A stretch of DNA of 64,000 nucleotides from a virus: IMG/VR virus record IMGVR_UViG_3300002092_000035, positions 27,155 through 91,154 of that record, one strand, 5' to 3'. A program made the position numbers and the translations under genes. Shown piece after piece: positions 24,667-35,211 of the stretch; positions within the stretch are counted from its first letter, which is position 1; every line of letters begins with the position of its first letter. The notes under the pieces are model-generated. The model was not told the origin of the DNA and did no database searches. It saw only the letters and a list, made by a program, of their open reading frames with translations.

Positions 24667-25218
24667 ATGGTTTCTCAACTATCGGCTGTTAATTCGGCCA
24701 AAACATGGAAAGTGCTGATTGCCGCACTTTTTGTGACACTACTATGGCAAACACCTACTAAAGCACAAGACACACAGACAGTAGAATATAGAAATGCTAA
24801 ATTTTTATCAATCATTGATATTGGTGAAAAAATTGAATACAATGAAAAAGACTTGATGTGTCTGGCGAAAAATATATACTATGAAGCCGGTGCTGAGGCT
24901 CTAACAGGCAGACTCGCAGTTGCCCAAGTCACACTAAATCGTACGGTACATCCAAAATTTAAAGGAACCATTTGTTCGGTTGTGATGGCACCGCATCAAT
25001 TCTCCTGGACAGCCGAAAAAAATAAACGACAACATGTTCCTACCGGCACCAAATGGGAGTTGAGCCTAGCCACTGCTCAACAATTTCTTAATGGCAGTAG
25101 AATCAACGGAATGGAAGAAGCTATCTATTTCCATGAAAAAAGGATAAATCCTAACTGGAAAAGATTAGTAAAAGTAGCACAGATAGGTGGTCACATCTTT
25201 TTTAAAGAAAATGGATAA
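24667..25218 (+). CDS. Cell wall hydrolase (SleB/Hydrolase_2 family)
   Basis: CLAKNIYYEA, AVAQVTLNR, QFSW, IGGHIF; signal peptide. Confidence 0.9.
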   Translation: MVSQLSAVNSAKTWKVLIAALFVTLLWQTPTKAQDTQTVEYRNAKFLSIIDIGEKIEYNEKDLMCLAKNIYYEAGAEALTGRLAVAQVTLNRTVHPKFKGTICSVVMAPHQFSWTAEKNKRQHVPTGTKWELSLATAQQFLNGSRINGMEEAIYFHEKRINPNWKRLVKVAQIGGHIFFKENG

Positions 25219-25224
25219 AAAAGG

Positions 25225-25253
25225 TTGACAACCATAACCCTATTTGCTATATT
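25225..25253 (+). promoter_or_regulatory. Sigma70 promoter
   Basis: TTGACA-17-TATATT. Confidence 0.7.
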
Positions 25254-25299
25254 AATAATAGAGCAAGAATTGTCTTAGCTCATTTTTCGAGGACTTACT

Positions 25300-25446
25300 A
25301 TGCACACTTGGTGGCTTTTGATTCGTAATGATTTTGGCTCTCCTATGCGTATTACTGTGCAAGCAGATAACGCATACCTAGCTTATCAACAAGCTAGGGC
25401 TATCTACGGTGATCGGTTGATCACTGAAAATGCAAATAAGTGCTAA
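25300..25446 (+). CDS. Small hypothetical protein (48 aa)
   Basis: GAGG SD; MHTWWLLIRNDFG...A.NAY.A...A.AIYG. Confidence 0.65.
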   Translation: MHTWWLLIRNDFGSPMRITVQADNAYLAYQQARAIYGDRLITENANKC

Positions 25447-25469
25447 TTGGCTCAAATTAAGGAAACTGG

Positions 25470-25826
25470 ATGACTACGCAAACTTTTACGGTTGTTGGTA
25501 TTACACTACATAACGGTAATTCTAAGGTCCGATTTACGGATGACATGGTCCGGCGTGTGAAGCAATTTGCTAAGGGTGGCGCTTCCCGGATTGATTTTAT
25601 CACCCTTCCGACAGCGATGACTAAGATTGATGCACTCAACTATATGACAACGCATCCTTCTTTCCAGTCTCCTGATGATCAAGCGACGATCAGTGAAACT
25701 CTTTACGAGAAGGAAAAGGAATCTCGTAAGGGTGAAGTGAAGGTTAAGCCTTCTCTTGCTGATATCGCTGCTCGTGCCCGTAAGGATGTCACCGTTAATG
25801 ATATTCTGGAAACCGTCAACAGCTAA
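25470..25826 (+). CDS. Hypothetical protein
   Basis: 118 aa with AAGGA SD. Confidence 0.75.
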   Translation: MTTQTFTVVGITLHNGNSKVRFTDDMVRRVKQFAKGGASRIDFITLPTAMTKIDALNYMTTHPSFQSPDDQATISETLYEKEKESRKGEVKVKPSLADIAARARKDVTVNDILETVNS

Positions 25827-25835
25827 GGATGATTA

Positions 25836-25863
25836 GAAAAGAGCCCCTTTTGGGGCTCTTTTC
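25836..25863. terminator. Bidirectional intrinsic terminator at the strand switch
   Basis: GAAAA-GAGCCCC-TTTT-GGGGCTC-TTTTC between convergent genes. Confidence 0.85.
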
Positions 25864-25867
25864 CATA

Positions 25868-26659
25868 TTAGGTCGGATTGCTGATTGTCTGGATTACCCA
25901 GAAGTCGCTACTCAGTTGTGGGTTTTGGATAATTCCATATGGCATATAAAAGTATCCGTTATCTCCCCAAGACGGACCCCAGCTGTTACGAACAATGAAT
26001 CTCTGCTTAGAGTCGTTGTATCCTACGATGCATACTGCGTGTCCGCCTAGTAGTTGTTCTCTATGCACATCGGGCATAGGCATGATTCCCATGCTAGAAA
26101 CGGCCGGGCTCTCAAAGCTGCTGTAGACGCTAAACCCGATAACAACAGGATATCCCGAAGCAAGTGCATCTTTCACCGCATTAAAATCGGCTGCATTTTG
26201 ATACTTAGTGATCTTTCTTTTAGCAGCATCTGCTAATGCTTCTGCTGAAGGAGCAGTTTTGAATTTGTTGATATGATATGGCCATAGCTTTTCTAGTGGT
26301 GCACCGTATGTATATCCTACTTTGATACCGTCACGAATCTGTGCTCCGGCATCTTTATTAACGGTTCCTTCCATCAATCTCTCGTAGTAATATATGAAGA
26401 GCCGGCTAATTTCCGTCTTTGTCTTGTAATTCTTGCGGTCCATTAGTTCAATCGCACCTGCGATTGCATTACCGGTGCAGGAACCTAAGCTACCTTGGTC
26501 ATCTACTGGACTAGCCCATTGACGGAGATCAACTACGGGAGGGAGTGGTTTACCGGCTAGTGTATACTTCAAGTCTCTCTTGTCTGGGGTGTCTTTTACC
26601 CAGTGATATTTTGGTCTCTTAAGCTCAACTAGCATATCTTCAGTTAGTTGTTCAATCAT
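25868..26659 (-). CDS. Papain-like cysteine peptidase (C1)
   Basis: QGSLGSCTGNA, GGHAV, RNSWG. Confidence 0.92.
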   Translation of the reverse strand: MIEQLTEDMLVELKRPKYHWVKDTPDKRDLKYTLAGKPLPPVVDLRQWASPVDDQGSLGSCTGNAIAGAIELMDRKNYKTKTEISRLFIYYYERLMEGTVNKDAGAQIRDGIKVGYTYGAPLEKLWPYHINKFKTAPSAEALADAAKRKITKYQNAADFNAVKDALASGYPVVIGFSVYSSFESPAVSSMGIMPMPDVHREQLLGGHAVCIVGYNDSKQRFIVRNSWGPSWGDNGYFYMPYGIIQNPQLSSDFWVIQTISNPT

Positions 26660-26764
26660 ATTATTTCTCCATTTTCTCGTTATTATTTATTGAGAAGGGG
26701 AAGACTAAAATATACGATTAGTATGGAAATGGTTGCATAGCTGAAATCATGATTTATTTTTTAA

Positions 26765-27418
26765 TCATAATGTACAGGCGTTGAAGCCGGTTGGTGTAGA
26801 ATATGTGTTCTGTGACAACTTTCTGAACATCCCGTTCAAACTACAGCCACCGCTTGAAGCAGACATCAATATAAATTGTAGCGACCCGGTACCTGGGATA
26901 GCAGTACCAGCAGAACTTACAGGATCCAGATACCAGTTAGAATTTCTTCCTAACCAAAATGTGTTAGCAGTTGCATCGTATGCAACTCGCATGATGTCGC
27001 CTGGCGCAAAGCCTCCGAGACTGGCTCCGCCAGTCATCCCACCATACCCGTCGCCATTAGCTAGGTAAATACTAGGAACATTTGCATATCCACCTGGACT
27101 ACTACTTCTGCACATTCCATATAATGTATACGGTAACCCGCCGCCTATGTATTCTACTTCAAAGTAAAAACTATTTCCTTCGGATAAAGCAATTGTTCTT
27201 GCACCGTCGCTGCCGCCTTGGATTCCACCATATACCATGTTCCATGCACCAGTTCCACCGTTCGTTATAGTAGTGTAATCGGTGCCGGTAGCCCAACCTT
27301 GCACTATATAGGCCGCGTCAGCGACAGGCACGATACCCGTTACTGCAGGGGTACCACTTTCAATTGATATTCCACCACCCGAAAAGTTTAGTCCGCCACC
27401 CGAGATTGTAATAGTCAT
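26765..27418 (-). CDS. SPRY-like beta-sandwich virion protein
   Basis: FYFEV, GDIMRVAYD...FWLGRN..W, PTGF. Confidence 0.6.
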   Translation of the reverse strand: MTITISGGGLNFSGGGISIESGTPAVTGIVPVADAAYIVQGWATGTDYTTITNGGTGAWNMVYGGIQGGSDGARTIALSEGNSFYFEVEYIGGGLPYTLYGMCRSSSPGGYANVPSIYLANGDGYGGMTGGASLGGFAPGDIMRVAYDATANTFWLGRNSNWYLDPVSSAGTAIPGTGSLQFILMSASSGGCSLNGMFRKLSQNTYSTPTGFNACTL

Positions 27419-27437
27419 GTTATTTCCTTTATATTAA

Positions 27438-28175
27438 TTATAGACCGAATCGTGCTTTATTGTTATTCCAGTTTGTTGTTACACCGGTTGATGATAAAGC
27501 ACCTTGGTATATTTGTATAATGGACAGGTTACCGCCCCAGTATTCTGCATTATCCCAACGCCTCATTAAGTTGATTCCACCTTGACTTGATATCGGTGCA
27601 CCTCCTACTGCTGTAGTCTGTCCAACCAATGTATTGTTGACATATAATTTAACTGTTGTGCCATCAAAGGTGCCTACGATTTGATACCAATTTCCTGCTG
27701 TTAATGTATATCCGCCGGGGGTTATTTGAAACCCTCCATTGAAGTATCCTGCTTCTAAATTAGTAGTACTACTATCTAAAGCACCCAAGAAGTAATTGAT
27801 TTCTCCGGTACTACCAGGATATAATTCAGTAACGATGCAAGGGCTTGCTCCGGTATTAGTACCAGTATAATAATGCCATGCTTCAACTGACCATGTACTT
27901 AAGCTAGCCAAACTAGAAGAACATTGTGCATATTGTCCTGCTCCGGGATCAAAAACCAAACTACCGCCGTTGCCACTATTATATGTTGGGCTGTTAACGA
28001 GAGTGAATGGCATTGAACCAATCGTGTCAGTCCATGTTGCACCTGATCCAGGATAGCTTGCAGGGTTTCCAGCATCTAAACTCAATACTAAGTTTGCAAT
28101 TGGTCCGCCGCCGGACCCTATGCCGATACCGGGTCCTATTTGTATTCCTGGTCCTATTGTTAGTGGTGCTACCAT
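27438..28175 (-). CDS. LamG/concanavalin A-like domain virion protein
   Basis: LSLDAGNPASYPGSG.TW.D; WYQIVGTFDG..VKLYVN; KARFGL. Confidence 0.8.
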   Translation of the reverse strand: MVAPLTIGPGIQIGPGIGIGSGGGPIANLVLSLDAGNPASYPGSGATWTDTIGSMPFTLVNSPTYNSGNGGSLVFDPGAGQYAQCSSSLASLSTWSVEAWHYYTGTNTGASPCIVTELYPGSTGEINYFLGALDSSTTNLEAGYFNGGFQITPGGYTLTAGNWYQIVGTFDGTTVKLYVNNTLVGQTTAVGGAPISSQGGINLMRRWDNAEYWGGNLSIIQIYQGALSSTGVTTNWNNNKARFGL

Positions 28176-28196
28176 GTTTTTATTCCTTAAAAATAA

Positions 28197-28955
28197 TTAT
28201 AGTCCGTATCTTGCTTTTACTGCAACAAAGTTTTGATTTATTTCAGCTGGGTTAAGGGCACGATTATATATTAACACTTGTCCTATATTGCCCCTTAAGT
28301 AATTTCCAAAGCCAGGAAAATCTACGCCAATAAGTACATCAGAATTATTACCTAAGTAACCTGTGCCTATTGTTTGACTAATCTGTTGTACTCCGTTATA
28401 CCAAATACTGCGAGTTGTAGTATCCCATTCAACTACTACGTTCATCCAGTTAGTGCTAGGACTGCTAGGGGTCCAAGATGTAGTAACTAAATCAGCAGGG
28501 TCACTAGGTTCACGAAACCAAGCATTAAACAAGTACCCTGTTGATGATGCACCAAATGCATTGAGGTTGCGATAAGTAGGAGTGCTTCCTATGTTTACCA
28601 TTGTAAGATTGTTGGCGCCGGGCCATCCTGTAGGAATTTGTACCCAAGTACTGATAGTATAAGGGTTAGAGCCAAAGGGAATATTTGTAGGGCTGGTTTT
28701 TTCAAAGTATCCAGTAGCCCCGGTGCTAAAGTAACCACCGCCTGAATTGGTATATGAAATATCACCTGAGTTCTGCATAGCAACATTATTGCCGTTGCCT
28801 GAAAGATCATACCAGGTAGTACCTGATCCAGAGTAACTAGCGGCATCCGCCGCGTCTAAGTATAATTGTAAATTAGTTGATACGATTGGCACTGCACCAA
28901 ATGTAATGCCACCGCCTATGTTGATTCCTGGTCCTATTGTTAATGGTGCTGCCAT
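28197..28955 (-). CDS. LamG/concanavalin A-like domain virion protein
   Basis: LYLDAA...SYSGSGTTW.DLSGNGN; IYNRAL...EI.QNF...KARYGL. Confidence 0.82.
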   Translation of the reverse strand: MAAPLTIGPGINIGGGITFGAVPIVSTNLQLYLDAADAASYSGSGTTWYDLSGNGNNVAMQNSGDISYTNSGGGYFSTGATGYFEKTSPTNIPFGSNPYTISTWVQIPTGWPGANNLTMVNIGSTPTYRNLNAFGASSTGYLFNAWFREPSDPADLVTTSWTPSSPSTNWMNVVVEWDTTTRSIWYNGVQQISQTIGTGYLGNNSDVLIGVDFPGFGNYLRGNIGQVLIYNRALNPAEINQNFVAVKARYGL

Positions 28956-28995
28956 ATTATATTTCCTTTATTTTATTTAGTCTATGATATAACTG

Positions 28996-31260
28996 TTAAA
29001 GTTTAGTATAGCCCCAGTTAACAACTGCTGCGTTACCGCTATTGTTAGTGATACCAAACGTAAATACATTAGCAGTTGTAGTTGAAACCACAGCATTACT
29101 AATATTGTTTACAGTTCCAACAAACTGCGTGGGTATCGATGTAAGTACTAATGCATTTCCGGCTGCGTAATACCAACCATAACTACTACCTAGTACTGGT
29201 ACGTTGTTGTTAGTCACAACTGCTGTAGCAGTATATGTAACAATACCATTTGGAATATTTCCTCTAACCCATATTGAGTAAGTACCGTTTAACGGTACTG
29301 AAAGATTTACGGTATTGGTTCCCGCCGCCAGTGTCCAGTTACCTGTCTCTTGCGTAGCAACACTAGTAAGTTGACTACCGTCACCGACAAAAGAATTTGC
29401 TGACACAACATTGGCATTGCTGATGTTGCCGCCACCAACAAGGTCAACGCTGCTACCTGCACGAGACAACTCTAATGCATTGTTGGCATCACTGATTCTA
29501 CCGAAAATGTTAGCAGTTAAGAATCCGCCGGTACCGAAGATGATGTCTTTAGTTGTACCTTCAATGCCTGTTGCTAGGACTAGATTTCCACCACCTGTAG
29601 CAGGTGCTTGCCCCGGAGGGTATGCTTGAGTTATTACGTAACCGTCTCCTGTACCTGTGATAGTATAATTAGGGTCATTAAAGAATGAACTCGTGAAGCC
29701 CAGATCAACCCAACCACCGTTGTCGTCTCCGTGATGTCCTTGTGCCACTACGTCCGCGGATCCGATATCTGATACATTGGTAATAACTGTCTGAATGAAA
29801 GTGTCACTGTTGCTACTTATTACAATAGTAGGATTACCGATATTGGCTGCTATTTCACTCGCGCCTGGTCCAAGAGTAATAACATTTCCATTAACGTCCA
29901 AATTGCCAGGAGCAGTTAAGTTGCCGCCACTGTCAAATTCCCAAGTCTTGCCACCAGTTTGAATGTTGACATAACCTTCATTTATTTGACCGTTAGCTGA
30001 ACCACCACCCCAAATATTGACATTGCCGCCACGGACGTTATAACCATAACCACCAGTGATGTTTGTGTCACCGCCTATAGTGTGTCCTTGGCCACCTCGT
30101 ATATCTACATATCCACCCGTGCCAAGATAATTAATACCGGCGTTGATATCAATATAACCCGGAGCACCACCGGTAGTTGCTGAATCACCTGCCTCAATGC
30201 GAATATAACCGCCGTCACCACCACTACCACCTGTAGTGTTAGCACCACCTTGACCACCACGAATCTTGATGTCGCCACCTGAGCCACTACCATCGCCACC
30301 TCGACCGGCCCATAGATAAATGTCACCACCTTCGCCGTAATCATAACCTTGCCCTGGATTGATTACTAGTCGTTGACTGTTTTCATTGCTAACAGTACCA
30401 TCAGGAGTGCTGATGATTGCTTCTTGCGAATTATCACCAAACAACAATGTTTGACCTGTGATTGTACCACTAGGATTGTCGCCACGCTGAACTGTTAATG
30501 TTGGGAATATTGTGCTACCATCACCATTAAATGTCCAAACACCACCTTGAGTATTAGTATTATTGTCCCAAGACTGTATATAAACATTGCCGTCCCAACT
30601 TGTCATTACATTAGATTGATTGTCTTTGCCTAATATAAGATTTGCATTGGCGCTAGCGACGAGGTGAAGGTCTGGTCCAGATGTTAAGAAGATATCTAAG
30701 TACGAACCACTATTAGCAGGATTTGGTTGTAAATGTAAGTTGCCTGTGCCAATGACATTGATATTATTGAATGTAACATTTCCTGTATTACTGCTGCCGG
30801 TAGCAGCGGTTATCCAAGTACCGTTTCCTGATAACACCTGATTGATGTTGCCATTAAGATTGATAGTAGCGATGTTGCCTAAGCCAGAGATATTTGCTAT
30901 ATTGAGATTAGTTAGAAAGTGTCCACTACCGTAGTAGAAGTTGGCATTGACGATGTTTCCACCATTAGTATTTCCAGCACTTATATTGCCTAGAACACTC
31001 AGTCTAGTGAGTGTGCCGACTGATGTGATGTTTGGTTGCGCAGCGTTAGTGACAGTCTGTGCGAGAAAAGCTTGTGCTACTGGAGGAAAATATGAACCAC
31101 CGGCTCCATTTAGGATTATATTGCCGATGATCTGCAAGTTAGCTTTATCCGTAGTAGGAGTGCCCTGCATACTTACTACTGGAAATAGTGTTGTATAAGA
31201 GATAGCGTTGCCGATGTCCGCTAATGCTGTGATCTTAATGCTTGATGGTGTCGCACTCAT
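28996..31260 (-). CDS. Gly/Asn-rich fibre or structural protein
   Basis: AQPNITSVGTL, GDGSQLT and GG.I.I.GG beta repeats. Confidence 0.7.
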   Translation of the reverse strand: MSATPSSIKITALADIGNAISYTTLFPVVSMQGTPTTDKANLQIIGNIILNGAGGSYFPPVAQAFLAQTVTNAAQPNITSVGTLTRLSVLGNISAGNTNGGNIVNANFYYGSGHFLTNLNIANISGLGNIATINLNGNINQVLSGNGTWITAATGSSNTGNVTFNNINVIGTGNLHLQPNPANSGSYLDIFLTSGPDLHLVASANANLILGKDNQSNVMTSWDGNVYIQSWDNNTNTQGGVWTFNGDGSTIFPTLTVQRGDNPSGTITGQTLLFGDNSQEAIISTPDGTVSNENSQRLVINPGQGYDYGEGGDIYLWAGRGGDGSGSGGDIKIRGGQGGANTTGGSGGDGGYIRIEAGDSATTGGAPGYIDINAGINYLGTGGYVDIRGGQGHTIGGDTNITGGYGYNVRGGNVNIWGGGSANGQINEGYVNIQTGGKTWEFDSGGNLTAPGNLDVNGNVITLGPGASEIAANIGNPTIVISSNSDTFIQTVITNVSDIGSADVVAQGHHGDDNGGWVDLGFTSSFFNDPNYTITGTGDGYVITQAYPPGQAPATGGGNLVLATGIEGTTKDIIFGTGGFLTANIFGRISDANNALELSRAGSSVDLVGGGNISNANVVSANSFVGDGSQLTSVATQETGNWTLAAGTNTVNLSVPLNGTYSIWVRGNIPNGIVTYTATAVVTNNNVPVLGSSYGWYYAAGNALVLTSIPTQFVGTVNNISNAVVSTTTANVFTFGITNNSGNAAVVNWGYTKL

Positions 31261-31349
31261 ATTATAGTTCCCGCTGGCTGTAATTTACCGGAGCATATAC
31301 TCCTTATGATGTATTTATCATATTGGGGGGAATTACAGAGTGTAGAGAG

Positions 31350-31679
31350 TTACTGGTCTTTGGGTTGGAAAGAGTCGCCGCAACCGCAAGATGACTTTGC
31401 ATTAGGGTTGCTTATGACAAACTTAGAACCAGTTAGATCCTCTTTGAAGTCAACGATTGAACCTTGAAGATACGGTAACGAGATCGCATCTACGAGAACA
31501 GTAGTTTCTCCTGCTGGAACCTGAATATCATCTTCTGCTATCTCGTCATCAATAGCGAAACCATATGTCATTCCGGCACAGCCTTTGCCAGACACGAACA
31601 TTCTCAACTTAGCCCCCGGACCCTCAGTGGAGAGTACCCTTATTATCTTGTCTTGTGCTTCTTTTGTGATCATCAACAT
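31350..31679 (-). CDS. A-type Fe-S carrier (ErpA/IscA/HesB)
   Basis: GCAGMTYGF and CGCGDSF. Confidence 0.92.
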   Translation of the reverse strand: MLMITKEAQDKIIRVLSTEGPGAKLRMFVSGKGCAGMTYGFAIDDEIAEDDIQVPAGETTVLVDAISLPYLQGSIVDFKEDLTGSKFVISNPNAKSSCGCGDSFQPKDQ

Positions 31680-31683
31680 GATA

Positions 31684-32430
31684 TTATTTAGTCCCTTCTG
31701 GTTCCCAGATCATATTTTTACTTTTGTTGAGTGGCTTGTAACCTTGTTTTCGGTAGAACTTGATTAGATTACCTTGCTTCACGGCACCCTTATCCCATGG
31801 ATATAGTGTTAGTGTGATGCCGTCTTCTCGTGCTAAGTCCTGTAGTATCTTCATGGCCTTGGTACCTGCACCTACTCGTAATGGATAGGCTTGAATCCAT
31901 TTAATTTCTACTGCACCGCGTTTGCTAAAGCTAGGAGTAAGTTCAAAAAGTGCAAACTGCTGATCATCACCGGTTCCGCCCAACGGCATGACATGATTGT
32001 TTTGAAACTGTTGCGGGAACATGTCATATACTTTTTTAATCCATGCTTTAGCTGCTGAGTTGTCAGATAGTTTGATTCTGATAGGTTCATCATTCTCATC
32101 AAGCGAGTCAGGTAACTTGCTCACTAGTTCTGCTAGAGGAATAGAGTCTACCACTTCATACCCATACTTCTCATACTTCTCTGGTGGAATAGATGAGATG
32201 ATGTTACCGTCATCTAGCACTGCATCACCGTGAACAATCATATTAGGCTTTCTGCCCCAGAAACGAATGGTAGCGTGTTCGGGATTGAGACGGGAGAGTT
32301 CCTGTCCTACATAAGAATAGCATGTGTTTTTTTCTGCGGAGCTACCGTGTAGGTATCCATCAATCATTTTGTTCAGGGCGTTATCTAAACTAGTGTTAGA
32401 CCCCTCAACGATGAACTCTCTAGCTCTCAT
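31684..32430 (-). CDS. Protein with C-terminal GNAT-like domain
   Basis: R.GAGTKAM..L...A; LIKFYRKQGY; N-terminus MRAREFIVE. Confidence 0.6.
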   Translation of the reverse strand: MRAREFIVEGSNTSLDNALNKMIDGYLHGSSAEKNTCYSYVGQELSRLNPEHATIRFWGRKPNMIVHGDAVLDDGNIISSIPPEKYEKYGYEVVDSIPLAELVSKLPDSLDENDEPIRIKLSDNSAAKAWIKKVYDMFPQQFQNNHVMPLGGTGDDQQFALFELTPSFSKRGAVEIKWIQAYPLRVGAGTKAMKILQDLAREDGITLTLYPWDKGAVKQGNLIKFYRKQGYKPLNKSKNMIWEPEGTK

Positions 32431-32981
32431 AGCGACTTACCCCACCTAGTGGAAATCACATTCCAGTTGATGATCTTCCAAAGTTCTCTGAGATACTTCT
32501 TCTTATCGGATCCATAATCCAACAAAAACGCATGTTCCCACCAATCAACAAGTAGCAGAATATCGTCACGAACCTCATGATTCTTGATAGTCTTGATCTT
32601 ACCATCGTATGCTAGATATACCCAGCCGGATCCTTCTATCTTCATAGCGATATCTTCTACGTCATCTTTGAAAGCGTCAAAACTACCGAAGTGTTTATTA
32701 ATGAATCCTACCATTGGACCATTTGGCTTGTTGTTATTTCTCACTTCTCTGAACTGAGGGAACCACATGTTGTGAAGAAAGGCTCCTGCAAAGTTAAACT
32801 CAAGGTCACCTTCTTTATCGTTATAGCGTTGAGCATAACCTTTGGCTAGCTTGTTGTAATGCAATTCTAGGGTATCCTTACCCATGATCGGGGAGACCTC
32901 TCGCTCAGTAAAGTTGAGCGGAATAATCTCAATGTCAGCAGGTTTTGACTTTGATTCTAGAAGATTTAGTAGATCACGCAT
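32427..32981 (-). CDS. Fe/Mn superoxide dismutase
   Basis: LELHY.K...Y, FLHNMWF, GSGWVYL, DWWEHAF..DY. Confidence 0.88.
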   Translation of the reverse strand: MRDLLNLLESKSKPADIEIIPLNFTEREVSPIMGKDTLELHYNKLAKGYAQRYNDKEGDLEFNFAGAFLHNMWFPQFREVRNNNKPNGPMVGFINKHFGSFDAFKDDVEDIAMKIEGSGWVYLAYDGKIKTIKNHEVRDDILLLVDWWEHAFLLDYGSDKKKYLRELWKIINWNVISTRWGKSL

Positions 32982-32996
32982 CATCTATTTATGCGT

Positions 32997-33212
32997 TTAC
33001 TTGCGGCGAATAATCCTACCGCGAGTTATATCATATGGGCTGATCTCTACCTCAACCTTATCGCCCATTAGAATGCGTATCTCATATTGCCGCATTTTGC
33101 CAGCGATATAACTTATTACTTCTATTCCATTATCAAGTTTGACCTTGAAGGTCGCATTTGGTAACACATCTACAACCTCTCCTTCAAACTTGACTATATC
33201 TTCTTTAGACAT
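32997..33212 (-). CDS. infA: Translation initiation factor IF-1
   Basis: MSKEDIV.FEG.V..VLPNATF.V.LDNG...GKMR...IRIL.GDKV.VEISPYD.TRGRII.R. Confidence 0.95.
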   Translation of the reverse strand: MSKEDIVKFEGEVVDVLPNATFKVKLDNGIEVISYIAGKMRQYEIRILMGDKVEVEISPYDITRGRIIRRK

Positions 33213-33214
33213 GC

Positions 33215-33694
33215 TTATTTCTTTAATAAGTCCCATACTGACTTCTTTTCAAGGACTTCTTCTGGGATGTTCTTCACCAGTTCGCGATAGCGATCCCCGA
33301 GTTCTTTGAGTTCTGTCCAGATTTCTTCAAGTTCCTCATTAGGATGAAGGATACCTAATCGCTGTTCAATCCTTTCAAGTGTATCTGTTAAACTCTTGCC
33401 CTTGATACTGATATCACCATCAAAAGTAGCGTCACCTTTAACACTAAATGGTTGAGGTGACGGTGTCACTGTTCCGGCCCAGGTCATTGAGTAATATGTC
33501 CCTCCGGCCGCACCTCCGACACCGCTTGACCCCACAGAGCCGCCATGGCTAATGTTAGTGCCGCTCCCGCCTCCTGAAAAAATCATGTTCACGGGCGCCG
33601 TAGTAGATATACTAGTTACTCTTGTCGGTATGTTTGTAACAGATAAGTTACCAAGACCTGTAATAGATACACCATGATAATCGTCGTCTATCAT
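33215..33694 (-). CDS. Hypothetical protein
   Basis: Gly/Ser/Thr-rich N-terminus, coiled-coil C-terminus. Confidence 0.65.
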   Translation of the reverse strand: MIDDDYHGVSITGLGNLSVTNIPTRVTSISTTAPVNMIFSGGGSGTNISHGGSVGSSGVGGAAGGTYYSMTWAGTVTPSPQPFSVKGDATFDGDISIKGKSLTDTLERIEQRLGILHPNEELEEIWTELKELGDRYRELVKNIPEEVLEKKSVWDLLKK

Positions 33695-33879
33695 TTATTT
33701 GCTTTCTTTAAATATAATTTGCCCTTGTCATCAATGCCGATCTCTACTTCATCGCCTTCTTTCCATCCTAGATCCTTTAACAGAGGAATAGGTATAGGAA
33801 TGATGATATCATCTGAATCTGGGTCTTCTTGTGTGATTACCTCATAGCGAACGCCATGTTGCTTTGCTTGTTTAGCCAT
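33691..33879 (-). CDS. AbrB-like small protein, paralogue of the 23628 N-terminus
   Basis: EDPDSDDIIIPIP..LL..LGWKEGD. Confidence 0.7.
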   Translation of the reverse strand: MAKQAKQHGVRYEVITQEDPDSDDIIIPIPIPLLKDLGWKEGDEVEIGIDDKGKLYLKKANK

Positions 33880-33882
33880 ATG

Positions 33883-34071
33883 CTATTCTATGCGACCTAA
33901 GCGGTGAAGCAGTAGACCAATATGATGCAGGTCAGGATGTGCGTCACGATCACTGTAACCTTCCATATCGTTACAGTATCTAAGATATACCTTCAAGGCT
34001 CGCTTGAGCAATGGGATATCCATCGGGGCCAAAACATTCTTTGCACCGGATCTGGTAACTGTTGTGTTCAT
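33883..34071 (-). CDS. Hypothetical protein
   Basis: 62 aa after TAAATA. Confidence 0.6.
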   Translation of the reverse strand: MNTTVTRSGAKNVLAPMDIPLLKRALKVYLRYCNDMEGYSDRDAHPDLHHIGLLLHRLGRIE

Positions 34072-34106
34072 ATTAGTATTTATTCACTGTCATGGTTGAT
34101 ATTTTT

Positions 34107-34628
34107 TTACCAAGACCTGCATGACCAGTAGTTGGCTTTCCAACGGGGTCCTGGATTGTCGCAGTGATGTCTGGCTCTATAAGACTTACGGCGAGCCGGA
34201 TTAGACTTCTTGATACGCATCGTCTTGTCTCCGAAGTTCACCTTAACGACCTTGCCGTTTGGTTTTCGGACATAGACTTTACTTTTTTTAACATCACCCT
34301 GCATCTTCTTACCGAGAGGAACTTTGCGACCGTGATACTCGGCTTCATCTACTGTTCCGCTTGAGGCAGCATCTCCGCCGCCACCGAGTTTCATATACTC
34401 TTCAAGGTCTTCCGACTCTACTAGAACACCATTGAAGTCAAGAAACTCTATAGCATCTTCATCAAGGTGAATGATGATGCCATCTTCCATAAAGCCGACT
34501 ACCCCTGTCTCAATGACAAAGTTCTCGCCGAGTTCTATTCCAAAACTATCATGTAGTTGGATATAATTCTCGTTGCAGTCATCTTCCATTGCTCTTACGA
34601 GTTTATACAGGTCTCTAGTGTCCATCAT
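34107..34628 (-). CDS. Conserved large-virus protein with basic C-terminal domain
   Basis: EAEYHGRKV.L...KVNFG...RRKSYRARH.C...A.YWSCR.W. Confidence 0.75.
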   Translation of the reverse strand: MMDTRDLYKLVRAMEDDCNENYIQLHDSFGIELGENFVIETGVVGFMEDGIIIHLDEDAIEFLDFNGVLVESEDLEEYMKLGGGGDAASSGTVDEAEYHGRKVPLGKKMQGDVKKSKVYVRKPNGKVVKVNFGDKTMRIKKSNPARRKSYRARHHCDNPGPRWKANYWSCRSW

Positions 34629-34644
34629 AGTCTCCGATATGCTT

Positions 34645-35190
34645 CTATTTATCTTTGAATACACGCTTTAGAGTGTTGATGACATCGCTGATCGGCTGTT
34701 CGTCAGCCTGATACTTGATTCCGATGCCACCTGCTTCTTGCCACTTCGTGATATTAGGAGTGTAATCGTCAATCAGGACATTAGGAGTGCCGTCTGGTTG
34801 GACAGCATACTTATACTTCTCGTGGTCAAATATCTCGCTGTCCGGCGATACATTCAGATGTTTCTTTAGCCACTCTCGCTTGCCCTTGATACTGCCCTCT
34901 TTATCAAAGTTTAGCGGGCTGCTAAGGATAGTGAATCCACCGGCAACCTTTTTGATCAATCTCGCGAGTTGGTTAGTTGAAGAGAAGGGACTGATGTCTC
35001 GGAAGAGTTCATACGCATTAGAGTCCTTGAAGAATGTTTCCCATTGCTCTGGGGTCATACTCTTGTAGTGATCTACATCATAGATTTCAGCAGCATAGTT
35101 GTATAGATCAGCAATTACCCCATCCATATCAAGGAAAACCTTGGGTTTACTCTTGGTCTCTACGCCTTCAAGGAGTTCTTCTATTCTCAT
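34645..35190 (-). CDS. 5'(3')-deoxyribonucleotidase (HAD)
   Basis: FLDMDGVIAD, ILSSP, K..WL, LIDD...NI..W..AGG.GI. Confidence 0.88.
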   Translation of the reverse strand: MRIEELLEGVETKSKPKVFLDMDGVIADLYNYAAEIYDVDHYKSMTPEQWETFFKDSNAYELFRDISPFSSTNQLARLIKKVAGGFTILSSPLNFDKEGSIKGKREWLKKHLNVSPDSEIFDHEKYKYAVQPDGTPNVLIDDYTPNITKWQEAGGIGIKYQADEQPISDVINTLKRVFKDK

Positions 35191-35211
35191 AATCTAATCA
35201 TAGCATGACTA

